Below are positions 52,010-64,000 of a DNA stretch of 64,000 bases, piece after piece (the first letter of the stretch is position 1; each line of letters opens with the position of its first letter). The notes under the pieces are model-generated. The model was not told the origin of the DNA. It worked only from the letters and a program-made list of their open reading frames with translations, and did not search any database. The stretch lies in contig OX597832.1 of assembly GCA_951406725.2 (NCBI GenBank), positions 43,586,001 to 43,650,000 of the forward strand, written 5' to 3'. This DNA is from Octopus vulgaris. Its lineage: Eukaryota. A program made the translations under genes and the position numbers.

Positions 52010-53066
52010 CTAAAATAAAGTTTAGAAATTGAAATTATATGACAGAAAGAAAGAATATAGGCGCAAGAGTGGCTGTGTGGTAAGTAGCTTGTCAACCAAC
52101 CACATGGTTCCAGGTTCAGTCCCACTGCGGAGCACCTTGGGCAAGTGTCTTCTACTATAGCCTCGGGCCGACCAAAGCCTTGTGAGTGGATTTGGTAGAC
52201 AGAAACTGAAAGAAGCCCGTCGTATCTATGTATATATATATATATGTGTGTGTGTTTGTCCCCCCTAGCATTGCTTGACAACCGATGCTGGTGTGTTTAC
52301 GTCCCCGTTACTTAGCAGTTCGGCAAAAGAGACCGATAGAATAAGTACTGGGCTTACAAAAGAATAAGTCCCGGGGTCAAGTTGCTTGATTAAAGGTGGT
52401 GCTCCAGTATGGCCGCAGTCAAATGACTGAAACAAGTAAAAGAGTAAAGAGTAATAAATTATGCTAGAAAATGACTGTAGATATAAGCAATTCTCTTTCA
52501 GATTTAGTATCTAAATAGACAGGTGCAGGTGTGGCTGTGTGGTTAACATGTGTTCTTTGGAATCAAGTGGTCTTGGGTTCTGTTTGTTGCACTGCACGGC
52601 ATAAAGGACAAATATCTTCTACTATTACCTCAGACTGAAAGGGTGGACAGAATATGATGGAAGCTTACTATATATGTGTGTATGTACACATGGAAGAGAC
52701 TGTAGCAGCACAAGCAGTCAGTGCCATATTGGATAAGATCTCACGGCAGCCATTGCCACCTCTGAGACTGGAGCGAGACCTCACGTGCATCCATTTGCCA
52801 TGCGCGAGATCACAACCAGGCTCGTGATGGCAAACTGTATATAAGGGCAAAACAGAAACAGATTCAGTCCTTTTCTTTCTACCTCTTTGCAGCAGCGCTT
52901 GCTGAGCGCACTCCATTGGCTGGGCCTGTCTGTATGCTGTACCTCCAGAGGCAATGTACCTGCACTAACGGAGCTACTACACAACGCACACAGCTAAAGA
53001 TGGTTGCTGAGAGCAGCACCCTTCACCTATCCTGTGAAACCGGTAAATAAAACCAGTTGTAAATTG

Positions 53067-53452
53067 CATTTGTACTTGAAGTCATCTCTCTTCACCTGCC
53101 GGAGCCTGAACCACACGAAGAACAAAAAGAGATAATGAAGGAAGGCGATATTCTCCCAATATCATTTGTACTTGAAGTCATCTCTCTTCGCCTGCCGGAG
53201 CCTGAACCACACGAAGAACAAAAAGAGATAATGAAGGAAGGCGATATTCTCCCGATATCATTTGTACTTGAAGTCATCTCTCTTCGCCTGCCAGAGCCTG
53301 AACCACACGAAGAACAAAAAGAGATAATGAAGGAAGGCGATATTCTCCCGATATCATTTGTACTTGAAGTCATCTCTCTTCGCCTGCCGGAGCCTGAACC
53401 ACATGAAGAACAAAAAGAGATAATGAAGGAAGGCGATATTCTCCCGATATCA
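53067..53452. repeat. 96-bp tandem repeat x4 in a gene C intron
   Basis: Unit CATTTGTACTTGAAGTCATCTCTCTTCGCCTGCCGGAGCC...CCCGATAT with period 96. Confidence 0.9.
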
Positions 53453-53507
53453 TAAACCTTACCATCCATTATAAGACCAACCGAGGCTTTAAAAACTTAG
53501 AACTTAC

Positions 53508-53675
53508 CTATGAGTCTTGAAGATTCGGTATTTGCATTGTTAGAAGATATACACAATTTCTTGTGAAGAGGCCATGCAGATCTTTGACAAGATTTTGAGC
53601 AATATCTTGCATTCAAGCATTGACTACATCTCTTTAACTGTTCGTAAAAATTACCACAACTGTCACATATTCCAC
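53508..53675 (-). CDS. Gene C: MYND exon (168 bp, phase 1-1)
   Basis: AAG acceptor. [55 protein letters not shown]. Donor GTAAGT. Not in the ORF track. Confidence 0.88.
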
Positions 53676-54354
53676 CTTTGTAATTGAATTATTAAATACA
53701 TGTAAAGAAAAGAAATATATCAACATATAAATTGTATTTAAAAAAGCTGATTTAAAAACAGGAAAACAAAGACAAAATATTTACATAGAAAATGAAGTGA
53801 GGCTACATATTTCGCACAGCCTACTCGGCATCACTAAGTCGACAGTGACTTATTTGGCATCAGGTATTTCACTGTTTTCACTTGTGCAAACACACTATCT
53901 TTAAGAAGGATGAAAGGTAAAGTCGACCTTGGCGGAATTTGAACTCAGAACGTTGCGATGGGTGAAATACTGCCAAGCATTTTGTCCAGCATGCTAACGA
54001 TTCTGTCAGCTCACTGAGGGGAGTGATAAATGGCTAGGGATAGGGAGTATAGGTGACTCAGTGCATGGTAAACAAGGGAAGGGGCATAAATAATATTAAG
54101 CAATGAATATCAGTTTGGAGGAAGGTGAAGGGAATAAAAGGGGGTCGAGCAGAAGAAGGTGATAAGCGGATTTCAAATACAAGGGAGCGGGTGGAGAGCA
54201 GCATTGTAAGAAATAGGGAGAGCAGCATTGTAAGAAATGATGTGAAGTATGGGAGAGAGAGAGAGTGGGGTGGGATCAGTGACAAGGATGGAAGTCAAAG
54301 GCATATGCTTTAAAAATCTCCAAATATTCAAAAGAAATCGTAAAAGCCAATTAC

Positions 54355-55234
54355 CAGTATTTTTGGCACTAGTTCTTGCATCACTTTTCTCCCCAGTTTT
54401 TACCGTTCCAGTCTTCTTAATATCTTCTTTGCTCTTCACCTCGACTCTCTTTTTCTGACTCTTCCCCTTCATGCTGGCTTCCTTCTCACTGTCTCTTCCA
54501 CCATCTTTGCCCTTATGGTTCATATTTCCAGCGTTTCCTTTGCTAGCCTTTGTGTCACTATCCTTTCTGTTGATGTCAACTCTGTCGTCTGTCTTACAAG
54601 TGGCTCCGTCATTCTCTATATTGACATTGTTGACATTCTTACACTTTTTTCTTCTATTTCTTTTCTTTTTATTCTTATTGCCTACCTTGCTGTCCACCTC
54701 ACAACCATCCCCATCATCAACGCTCACACTGTTCTCCTTTACTGGATCCTTTTTGATAATTCCCTCCTTGCTATACTCAAGGCCACTCCCCTTCTCATAT
54801 TTCATCTCAGCATTCATTTCTGGAGCCTTACAATTGCTTTTATGTGATGGCCAATCATATTTCTGGCAGTCAATTGAACAGTAGTAAGTTGTTTTGCACT
54901 TAGAACATTTCCATAAAGGAATATTAGTTCTGAAACATGTTTCACAAAAGTTTTCTGTTTCACCGTTGGAACTGTCTTTTAAACACTCCTTTTTACTATC
55001 TGTTTTTTCATTATTTGATTTTTTTCTAACATTGGGACATGATACTTCTGATTCAGTCAATGGATTTATTTGATTCCATGTAGTTTGAGGAGTAAAACAC
55101 ACTCTGCTGTGTTCTTTTTTGTGCTTTCTTTCACAGCTTTTGGAACAATAGGAAACAACTTTGCACTGAGAACATTGATAAAGAGAAGCTTTCACCTGAC
55201 CACAATTTTGGCAACAATCTTCAATTTTAACCAT
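54355..55234 (-). CDS. Gene C: exon with 2 MYND fingers + one 104-aa charged linker unit
   Basis: Acceptor TTTCAG (exon from 55252), ATG at 55234. Near-identical to the start of gene B. Phase-1 donor G|GTAATT. Confidence 0.88.
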
Positions 55235-56383
55235 TTTGAATTTAATGAAAATCTGAAATATCAGAAACAGAAAAAAAGAAGGAATAATATTTTATAATTT
55301 AACAATTTCTAGCCAATCTGTTTTAAAATAAGCAGAAAAGAAAATTTACTGTGATGGTTAAGATTAAAAGATATAAAACAACCAGCTACATTTATAGGAA
55401 GCGATATTTTTGTCTGATGGAATGAAATCACTATCTAATGTGCAATAGTATTTATGTCATCCATTTTTTTTGCTCAAACATCTGGATGTTATTTGGTTGG
55501 CTTGATGAACATATTTCATCACCTTCATCCCTGTTCTTCAGATGGTCTTTCTGATTTAAACCAGGTACACCTAAAAAGTTTAGGAGTGAGTTAAATAATT
55601 TCTCAGCTGAAAATCTTTAAATCTTGCTGAGGTCTTTTCCCCGCTTTCTCTGATGTTATAATCTCTGCCATTTAGACACAATTCTATATTTAAATTTGGT
55701 TTTAATATATCAATATCTGGGCAAGTGGGAAGAAAATTAGAAAAAAGTTGAGTAAAAGTGATAAAATTTTACTTTCTTTTTATATATAAAATAGAATTTG
55801 ATCAAAGGTTACACAATCTAACTTATCAGAGATTACATGATCTAATCAATTAGAAGTTAGACAACGTAATGTAATCTCATATAAGCTGTAGAAAATCTAA
55901 CAAAAGTCTTTTTTTATATATGTTAATTTAAACTGTTTAAGCTTTGATTACAAAAACTAAGTGGTACCCAGCTTAATTGATAACTTACTTTCACGAAAAG
56001 AAATATTATATCACAGAGTGAAAGAAAGAAAATCATGTATTACTCTGACGAAAAACCTTTTCCAGTGAAATATATTACAAGTTAGAAAACATTAGCCTTT
56101 GTCCAAGCAAGCAAGGAAGACAACTCAAAGCATTTCTGCTTATAAGGCATCGTCAGTGGAAGTATTGTGTTGGCTATTAATTGCTGCCGTCATAGTAATT
56201 AGCTTACTATATATTTTTATCTTTTCACTTTTTACTTGCCTCAGTCATTGGACTGTAGCCATGCTGAGGACTGCTCCAAAGTTTTTTTTTAGACCCAATA
56301 CTTATTCAATTGGTTCTTTGGTTAAGGTTACACGGGACATGAAAAAAACCACCACCACCTATCATACATATATGTGTATATAT

Positions 56384-56424
<41 letters not shown>

Positions 56425-56652
56425 ATCCAAACATGAAAACACAAAGAGAAAACACAACAATGCGAGGACATGGAACAAGTATAGTGTTATTGGACGCTCA
56501 AGAAAGGAAAGAAAGAAGGAGGGTTTAATGTTTGGAGCGGAGCTCTTCGTCAGAAACATAGGAAAAGGAAAGATCCAAGGAAGTGAAGACGGAGGAAAAA
56601 AAACCGCCAACATTACACATGCGGTATATATATGTATATACACATACACAAG

Positions 56653-56698
<46 letters not shown>

Positions 56699-56726
56699 CA
56701 AACATACATATATATATATATAATAT

Positions 56727-56805
<79 letters not shown>

Positions 56806-56822
56806 AACATACAAATATATAT

Positions 56823-56861
<39 letters not shown>

Positions 56862-58056
56862 TATATAATGTGTACATATATATATATCACTGGGATCTTT
56901 TCAGTTTGACCGGCAGTTTTTTCTAGCGGTGTCATATAATATTGTCACCCATAATTATGGCCCTAGTATCGATCTATTGCATTTCAATCTGTTTTAGGGT
57001 TAGGGTTAGGGTTAGGGGTGGGGGGAAGGGTATCTTTTTTTCTTCACAAATGTAAATAAACCTAATCTGTTTCTTAAACGAGGGACATATTCATACGGCA
57101 CAGAATGTTTTCAGCTCAATAGACGTCATTGATTGGTTGAAATTGCAGAAATTGAAGAAAAAAAACAATAAATATCTTACAAACTATAGAATTTTCTCAA
57201 TTGATTTTTTTTTGTCTAATGTAGAAGTTGACGTTCCGTGCGTGTGTGTGTGTGTCTCGCACACCCCCCATCAAACACACGCACACACACAAACTCTCTC
57301 TCTCTCACACACACACATCAAATCTTCCGATTCAGGCCATCAAACGATCCCATTTAGCCCCCAACCGCATATGTAAAACGATAAAAAAATTTTTTATGGA
57401 AATCGACGATTATCTTCATAAATGTAAATAAACACACGTGCTTTGTAGTGTTCTTGTAACGAAAGATCGCCCGAGGAAGTTACTCTTTGAAGTCCCCGTG
57501 TGTGTGTTTGATGGGGTGTGGGAGACAGACAGTATGTTGTGTAAGTGAAGTGCTTCTGTTAGTGTGTGCGAAGAGACAGAGAGAGTAATGTGTGAAAGAG
57601 AGAGATAACTGAAATTTTTTACTCGGTGTATGTGTATACGTATGTCTGCATGTATGTGTGTGTGTATGTATCTATGTGTGTGTGTGTATGTATGTGTGTG
57701 TGTATGTATGTGTGTATGTATGTATGTATGTATGGCCGATTCAGTGTTTACATTTTTTACGGAAATCGACGGAAACGTGTGCTACGACAAGCGAAACATC
57801 GCCACTTCCTCGTCATAAAATCGCTTCCTCTTAGTCTCTTTCGCTCTCATTACTTATGTAAAAAAATAAAAGTTTTTTACGGAAATCGACGGAAACTTGT
57901 GCTACGACAAGCGAAACATCGCCTTTTTTTTTTAATTCTAATATTTTTTTTATATTCTAATATTTTTTAAAACATTCTAATAATATTCAATGCCTCTTCA
58001 CTCTCATATTCTGCTCTCCACACTTCTCTACGACTTATAAATTCGTCCGCTTCGTT

Positions 58057-58066
58057 TGCGCATGCG
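58057..58066. promoter_or_regulatory. NRF1-like motif TGCGCATGCG upstream of gene C
   Basis: Paralogous to 39882-39891. Matches the NRF1/ewg consensus YGCGCAYGCGCR over 10 nt. Confidence 0.45.
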
Positions 58067-59056
58067 TAGAATGTATGTTAAACAATGAGCAGACGACACT
58101 TCGAGCTGAAGACGAAGGTGGTTGGCGTCAATGAGATCGCTTGAACTGCTAGAAATAACAACCAAATCTCTATCAACCCACTTCCGACATCTTACCTTGC
58201 AATCCTTAAATTTTCAGCGATGAAGATTATGATTCTCTAAAGAAAATAAAATCAACTACTTTTCATTCTCCTTTTCCATTTTTTTAAGAACTTTTTTCGA
58301 AAAGTTATTCATCCCCAAACTTTCCCTAACTTTTTCAAAATGTCTGACAGTCAACCTCACCTCATCTACAATTTTTTAATACTTTCCAGGGTCTCTACGT
58401 TTTCAACAACAAAAATTACGATTCTAGAAGAATAAAATAAAATAAATTCAAAATTTTACTTCTTCCTCCTACAATTTTCCTTGTCTTAACACGTTTAAAT
58501 CACCCTCACCCCTGGGTTGACACTGAGCCTTATATGACCAAAGACAAACCCATTATGATCTTTGGTTTTCCAGCCATTACGTACTGCATTACTACTTTAT
58601 TCAATGGATTCTTACGAAGAAAGAAAACGTATACTTCTTCGTTTTCAACGCCTCATAAAATGTATCTAATCTTATCGAAAGTAGGCGGGATAATGAAAGT
58701 ACTTTAACACAAGATGGCCAACATGAAGTTATTAAAAATCATTCGACCTTTGAAATAAATGGTCTGCAATATTCTCACCCTTTATATTTTGAGTTCAAAT
58801 CCCGCCGAGGGCGATAAAATAGAATACACGTAGTGAGACCTGTGCAGTCGATTGAAATTGTTGGCCTAAAGCAGTTATCTGCCATCAACCAAATATTTTG
58901 GATCCATTCTGTTTTGTGAACAACAACCACAGAATGTTCCCCGGTTTAACCCAATCACTCACTCACCATCTTTAACAACAATGAACATGCAATTGCTTTA
59001 ATGATAATAATAATAATAATATAATTTATAACCACAAATATGTCCAGGGTAGTATT

Positions 59057-59106
<50 letters not shown>

Positions 59107-59396
59107 CAAAATGTGACCTCGTGAGTACCACCGGCGATTTTTTTCCCTCTGTCTTCCCTTCTCGGGATCTTTCCTTCTCCTATGTTTCCGACGAAGAGCT
59201 CCAATAATACTTTATTTGTTCCACGTCCTTGCGTTGTTGTTTTTTTTTTTTTGTTTTCTTGTTTGGATTAACTTTATATATATATATATGTGTGTGTGTA
59301 TGTATGTATTTATGTGTGTGTATGTATGTATGTATGTGTGTGTATGTATGTATGTAATTATAATTATACTCGTAATTATAAAATATTGTGTGTATG

Positions 59397-59432
<36 letters not shown>

Positions 59433-59503
59433 CATACATCGCGCACACACTACAGTATGTATGTATGTATGTATGTATGTATGTATGTATGTATGTATGT
59501 ATG

Positions 59504-59555
<52 letters not shown>

Positions 59556-59564
59556 CATACACAC

Positions 59565-60472
59565 AATATTTTATAATTACGAGTATAATTATAATTAGGG
59601 TTCAGCAAAGATTTGCTTTACCACATACCGAAGTTTAGAAATAGCAGCCAAAGAACCTTAGCTATTTCTTCTACTGTAAGAAGAGACTCCCGTGCAAAAA
59701 CAAAATACTTGAAACAACCCACGCAGACAGAGAGGAAAAATAACGAAAATCACTCAGTATTTTAGCCATCTCACTATGGCTAACCACTAAGGGTGGGTGT
59801 TACTGTAGCTTTTGGGCCCATAGGAGAACTTCGTCTCCAGCTGGCTTTAGGCACACTTTCTGTGCCCTTATGGTATTTGCAAAGGGAGGTCATCCCTCTC
59901 TCGTAAACCTTAGTGACACGCACGGACTGCAGTTTCGAGGTAGTTGCCTGTCTTCGACGTACGGCAGTCACCGGTTTACGATGAAAGGGAGACCTGTTTG
60001 CAAATACTTATAGGTTTTTCTAGTAACTTCCGTCACTGATTTCGAAAAACTGTCTGCAAGCAATAATAAATCTCTGAACGAGATGTAAACAGTAACCTAG
60101 AAACTTTACGAGAGAGGGATGACCTCCCTTCGCAAATACCATAAGGGCACAGAAAGTGTGCCTAAAGCCAGCTGGAGACGATGACCTCCTGGGGCTAAAA
60201 AGCTACAGTAACATCCACCCTTAGTGGTTAGCCATAGTGAGATGGCTATTATACTTTACGTTGTCGAGCAGTTACTATTTACATCTCGTTCAGAGATTTA
60301 TTATCACTCTGTATTTGATTTTCAAGTATTTTGTTTTTGTCCGGGAGTCCCTTCTTATAGTAGAAGAAATAGCTAAGGTTCTTTGGCTGCTATTTCTAAA
60401 CATCGGTATGTGGTAAAGCAAATCTTTGCTGAACCCCACTAATTATAATTATACTCGTAATTATAAAATATT
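59565..60472. mobile_element. Foldback-type element with long inverted arms
   Basis: 59565-59715 is the reverse complement of ~60320-60472, and 59764-59905 of ~60108-60248. Confidence 0.7.
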
Positions 60473-60571
60473 AAGTTTACCAAAAAATGGTCCTTTTTCA
60501 CGCCGAATTCTACTTGGTGAAATTATTGATTACTAGTTAAATAATTAATTTTACCCTTTATTATTATTGAT

Positions 60572-60630
<59 letters not shown>

Positions 60631-60841
60631 TAATAACGAGTGAATGAGAATAACAACGAAGGGTCAAAAACGCGTAAAAATATTTGAAAATGAAAGAAAA
60701 ATGAACCCAAAACATTAAAAGTTATTGAAAGTGGGCTGAAATAAACACTACGTAGTGTAGTACTACTACGCAGTGGGACTGAACCAGGAACCATGTGGTT
60801 GGTAAGCAAGCTACTTACCACATACTCACTCCTGCGCCTAT

Positions 60842-60856
60842 AAAAAAAAAAAAAAA
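60842..60856 (-). terminator. Pol III poly-T terminator of the tRNA-Val
   Basis: T15 run on the minus strand 6 nt downstream of the tRNA 3' end. Confidence 0.6.
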
Positions 60857-60862
60857 CTAAGC

Positions 60863-60935
60863 AGGTTCCGGCGAGGTTCGAACTCGCGGCCTTCTGCGTG
60901 TAAAGCAGACGTGATAACCACTACACCACGAAACC
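60863..60935 (-). tRNA. tRNA-Val (anticodon TAC)
   Basis: Minus strand GGTTTCGTGGTGTAGTGGTTATCACGTCTGCTTTACACGCAGAAGGCCGCGAGTTCGAACCTCGCCGGAACC folds as a cloverleaf: 7-bp acceptor, anticodon stem TCTGC/GCAGA with loop TTTACAC, T-arm GCGAG-TTCGAAC-CTCGC. Confidence 0.9.
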
Positions 60936-61299
60936 ACTCGACGGGTGACGTGAATTTTTCGAAAGTCTTCTCTTCACTTCAAGATTTTCCACCCACAAAT
61001 TACTTTATTACTTTATAGTCATAATGTGTGCGTTTCGAAGGTATTTATATAAAATTTCGTTGAAAAAAACTCATTTGCCTAAAAGTTATGAGGGAAAAAC
61101 TCGGATTTTGCGAATTATTCAAAGTCCTCTCTCCACCCCCTTGGAAAAGATTTTTCCCCACAAATTTCTTTATAATCGTAATCTATGATGTTTGAAAGGT
61201 GTTTATATAAAATTTCGGCGATCTTTCCTTTCAGCTCGACATAATGTAAATGGGTTGTGCGTGCGTGCTTGTTCCTCTGTGTGTGTGTGTGTGAGAGAG

Positions 61300-61349
<50 letters not shown>

Positions 61350-61360
61350 TGAGAGAGAGA

Positions 61361-61393
<33 letters not shown>

Positions 61394-62552
61394 TCTGTTT
61401 GTTCCTCTGTGTGCTATTTCTACATTCCACAACATATAAATACAAAAAGAACCCACACACATACACACACACACACAAACAAGAACAAGCACGCACACAC
61501 ACACACATACACACACGCACGCACAAACAAGAACGCACACACACACACACACACACACACGCAACCATTAGCTTTCTCTTCCCAACTGACGACAGACAAG
61601 AAAACAAGTAAGTGGTCACGGAAATGACCGGATTCAATATTTACATTATTCCGAGTTAAAACGAAAGATCGCCAAAATTTCATTAAAAGATCCTAACCAT
61701 TTCCCCCTAAAAGTTACGAAGGAAAAAGTCGGACCTTCTGAATTTCCCTAAAGTCCTCCCCCCCCACACACACACACTAAGATCGTTGTCGCAAATTTTT
61801 GTTTTCATATTCTCTTTTACAGTCTTGTTTTTTTTTGTTTAATTTAATGGCCGAGAGTTAAAATAAAGGCGATCTTTCGTCTCTAGTAGACCTTTCCGTC
61901 GATTTCCGTAAAAACAAATTTTTTTTTTACATATGGGCTTGCGGGAACGTTTGAAGTAATATACATACATATACACACACACATACATATACACATACAC
62001 CGAGTAAAAAATTTCAGTTATCTCTTTCTTTCACACATTACTCTCTCTCTGTCTCTTCACACACACTAGCAGAAGCACTTCACTTACACAACATACTGTC
62101 TGTCTGCCACACCCCATCAAACACACACGCACACACGCACACACACACGCACACACACACATGTACATCAATGCTTCCCATGCACGGTAACTTCAAAAGA
62201 ACTTCCCTCGTCATAAAATCGCTTTCTGTTAGTCTCTTTCGGGATCATTACTTCAAAAGTTCCCGCAAGCCCATATGTAAAAAAAAAGATTTTTTTACGG
62301 AAATCGACGGAAAGGTCTACTAGAGACGAAAGATTGCCAAAATAAATATTAACCAAATATGCTTACTTGGAGAGAGTTTTGGTGGAAATCGAAGAGATAG
62401 TAGGCCGCGACAGCTGGAGTTTATCGAAATGAATTGCATTTAAATAGTATATTTTACGTAGTGTTTCGTTGAATAACCACTTTCACTTTCGTTTACTGAA
62501 AGTATTATCTACATACATATATGGTCAAAATGACATTTGCGCATACATACAT

Positions 62553-62588
<36 letters not shown>

Positions 62589-62738
62589 TTACACACACAC
62601 GTCCACCTATACGGTTTTCCTACAAATGTGGGCAAAGGTAAAGCACGTGCGCACCACCCGTTTCCGATGTTTTGTGGGGTTCCAAACTCTTTTCAGAGTT
62701 ATATCTATCTATGTATCTCTCTCTCTCTCTCTCTCTCT

Positions 62739-62799
<61 letters not shown>

Positions 62800-62809
62800 A
62801 ATATATATA

Positions 62810-62857
<48 letters not shown>

Positions 62858-62921
62858 AATATATATACACAAATATATATATGTACATATATATATATAT
62901 ATATATACACAAATATATATA

Positions 62922-63058
<137 letters not shown>

Positions 63059-63091
63059 CACAAATATATATATGTACATATATATATGTAC

Positions 63092-63140
<49 letters not shown>

Positions 63141-63332
63141 ATACATCAATAGGGTGGCGAATATTCGTTATAAATATAACCACCAGTGGCCTAGCATGTA
63201 TAAAATGTCAATAGACAACATATTCGTATTTCAAAATAGAAAATTACCCTTTAACAGGTAATTTTTACATGCTAGAAATAGCAGCCAAACACGGACAAAA
63301 ACCACAATTTTATAGCGATTGCTATAAAATAC

Positions 63333-63372
<40 letters not shown>

Positions 63373-63411
63373 GTACATATATATATGTACATATATATAT
63401 TTGTGTATATA

Positions 63412-63475
<64 letters not shown>

Positions 63476-63507
63476 AAATTAAAGAATGGAGAAACATACT
63501 TAAATCA

Positions 63508-63617
<110 letters not shown>

Positions 63618-64000
63618 AATAGGCGCAGGAGTGGCTGTGTGGTAAGTAGCTTGTTTACCAACCACATGGTTCCGGGTTCAGCCCCACTGCATGGCACCTT
63701 GGGCAAGTGTCTTTTACTATAGCCTCGGGCCGACCAAAGCCTTGTGAGTGGATTTGGTAGACGGAAACTGAAAGAAGCCCGTCGTATATATGTATATATA
63801 TGTGTGTGTGTATATTTGTGTGCCTGTGTTTGTCCCCCTAGCATTGCTTGACAACCGATGTTGGTGTGTTTATGTCCCCGTTACTTAGCGGTGCGGCAAA
63901 AGAGACCGATAGAATAAGTACTGGGCTTACAAAGAATAAGTGCCGGGGTCGAGTTGCTCGATTAAAGGCGGTGCTCCAGCATGGCCGCAGTCAAATGACT

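Noticed and set aside
56994-57017. (TTAGGG)4 as a telomere remnant
   Set aside because: Internal to a MITE that also occurs at 21196-21594.

Overview
AT-rich, repeat-dense animal genomic DNA. The SINE families and microsatellite load suggest an Octopus-type cephalopod (inference). The window holds a cluster of three paralogous spliced genes with the layout [MYND zinc finger]n plus a conserved ~120-aa C-terminal domain (motif DPxPYFSW(D/E)QLK..xxICILxP, possibly an OB-like fold). Gene A (+, <1-17714, 5' end outside the window) has at least 8 single-MYND exons. Gene B (-, 37865-24636) has 2 MYNDs, 10 coding repeats of 97/104 aa, then 4 recently duplicated hypervariable MYND exons, and a 1-nt frameshift in its penultimate exon. 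Gene C (-, 55234-48917) is intact, with 3 MYNDs and ~470 aa. Every complete single-MYND exon is a symmetric phase 1-1 cassette. B looks like a chimera with a C-like 5' half and an A-like 3' half. Also present: a tRNA-Val(TAC), a 35 x 71-bp satellite formed inside a SINE, Tc1/mariner, Helitron, MITE/foldback, Penelope, Gypsy, RTE and CR1 remnants, and many SINEs. Exon boundaries were read by eye from splice signals and frame; no transcript data were available.
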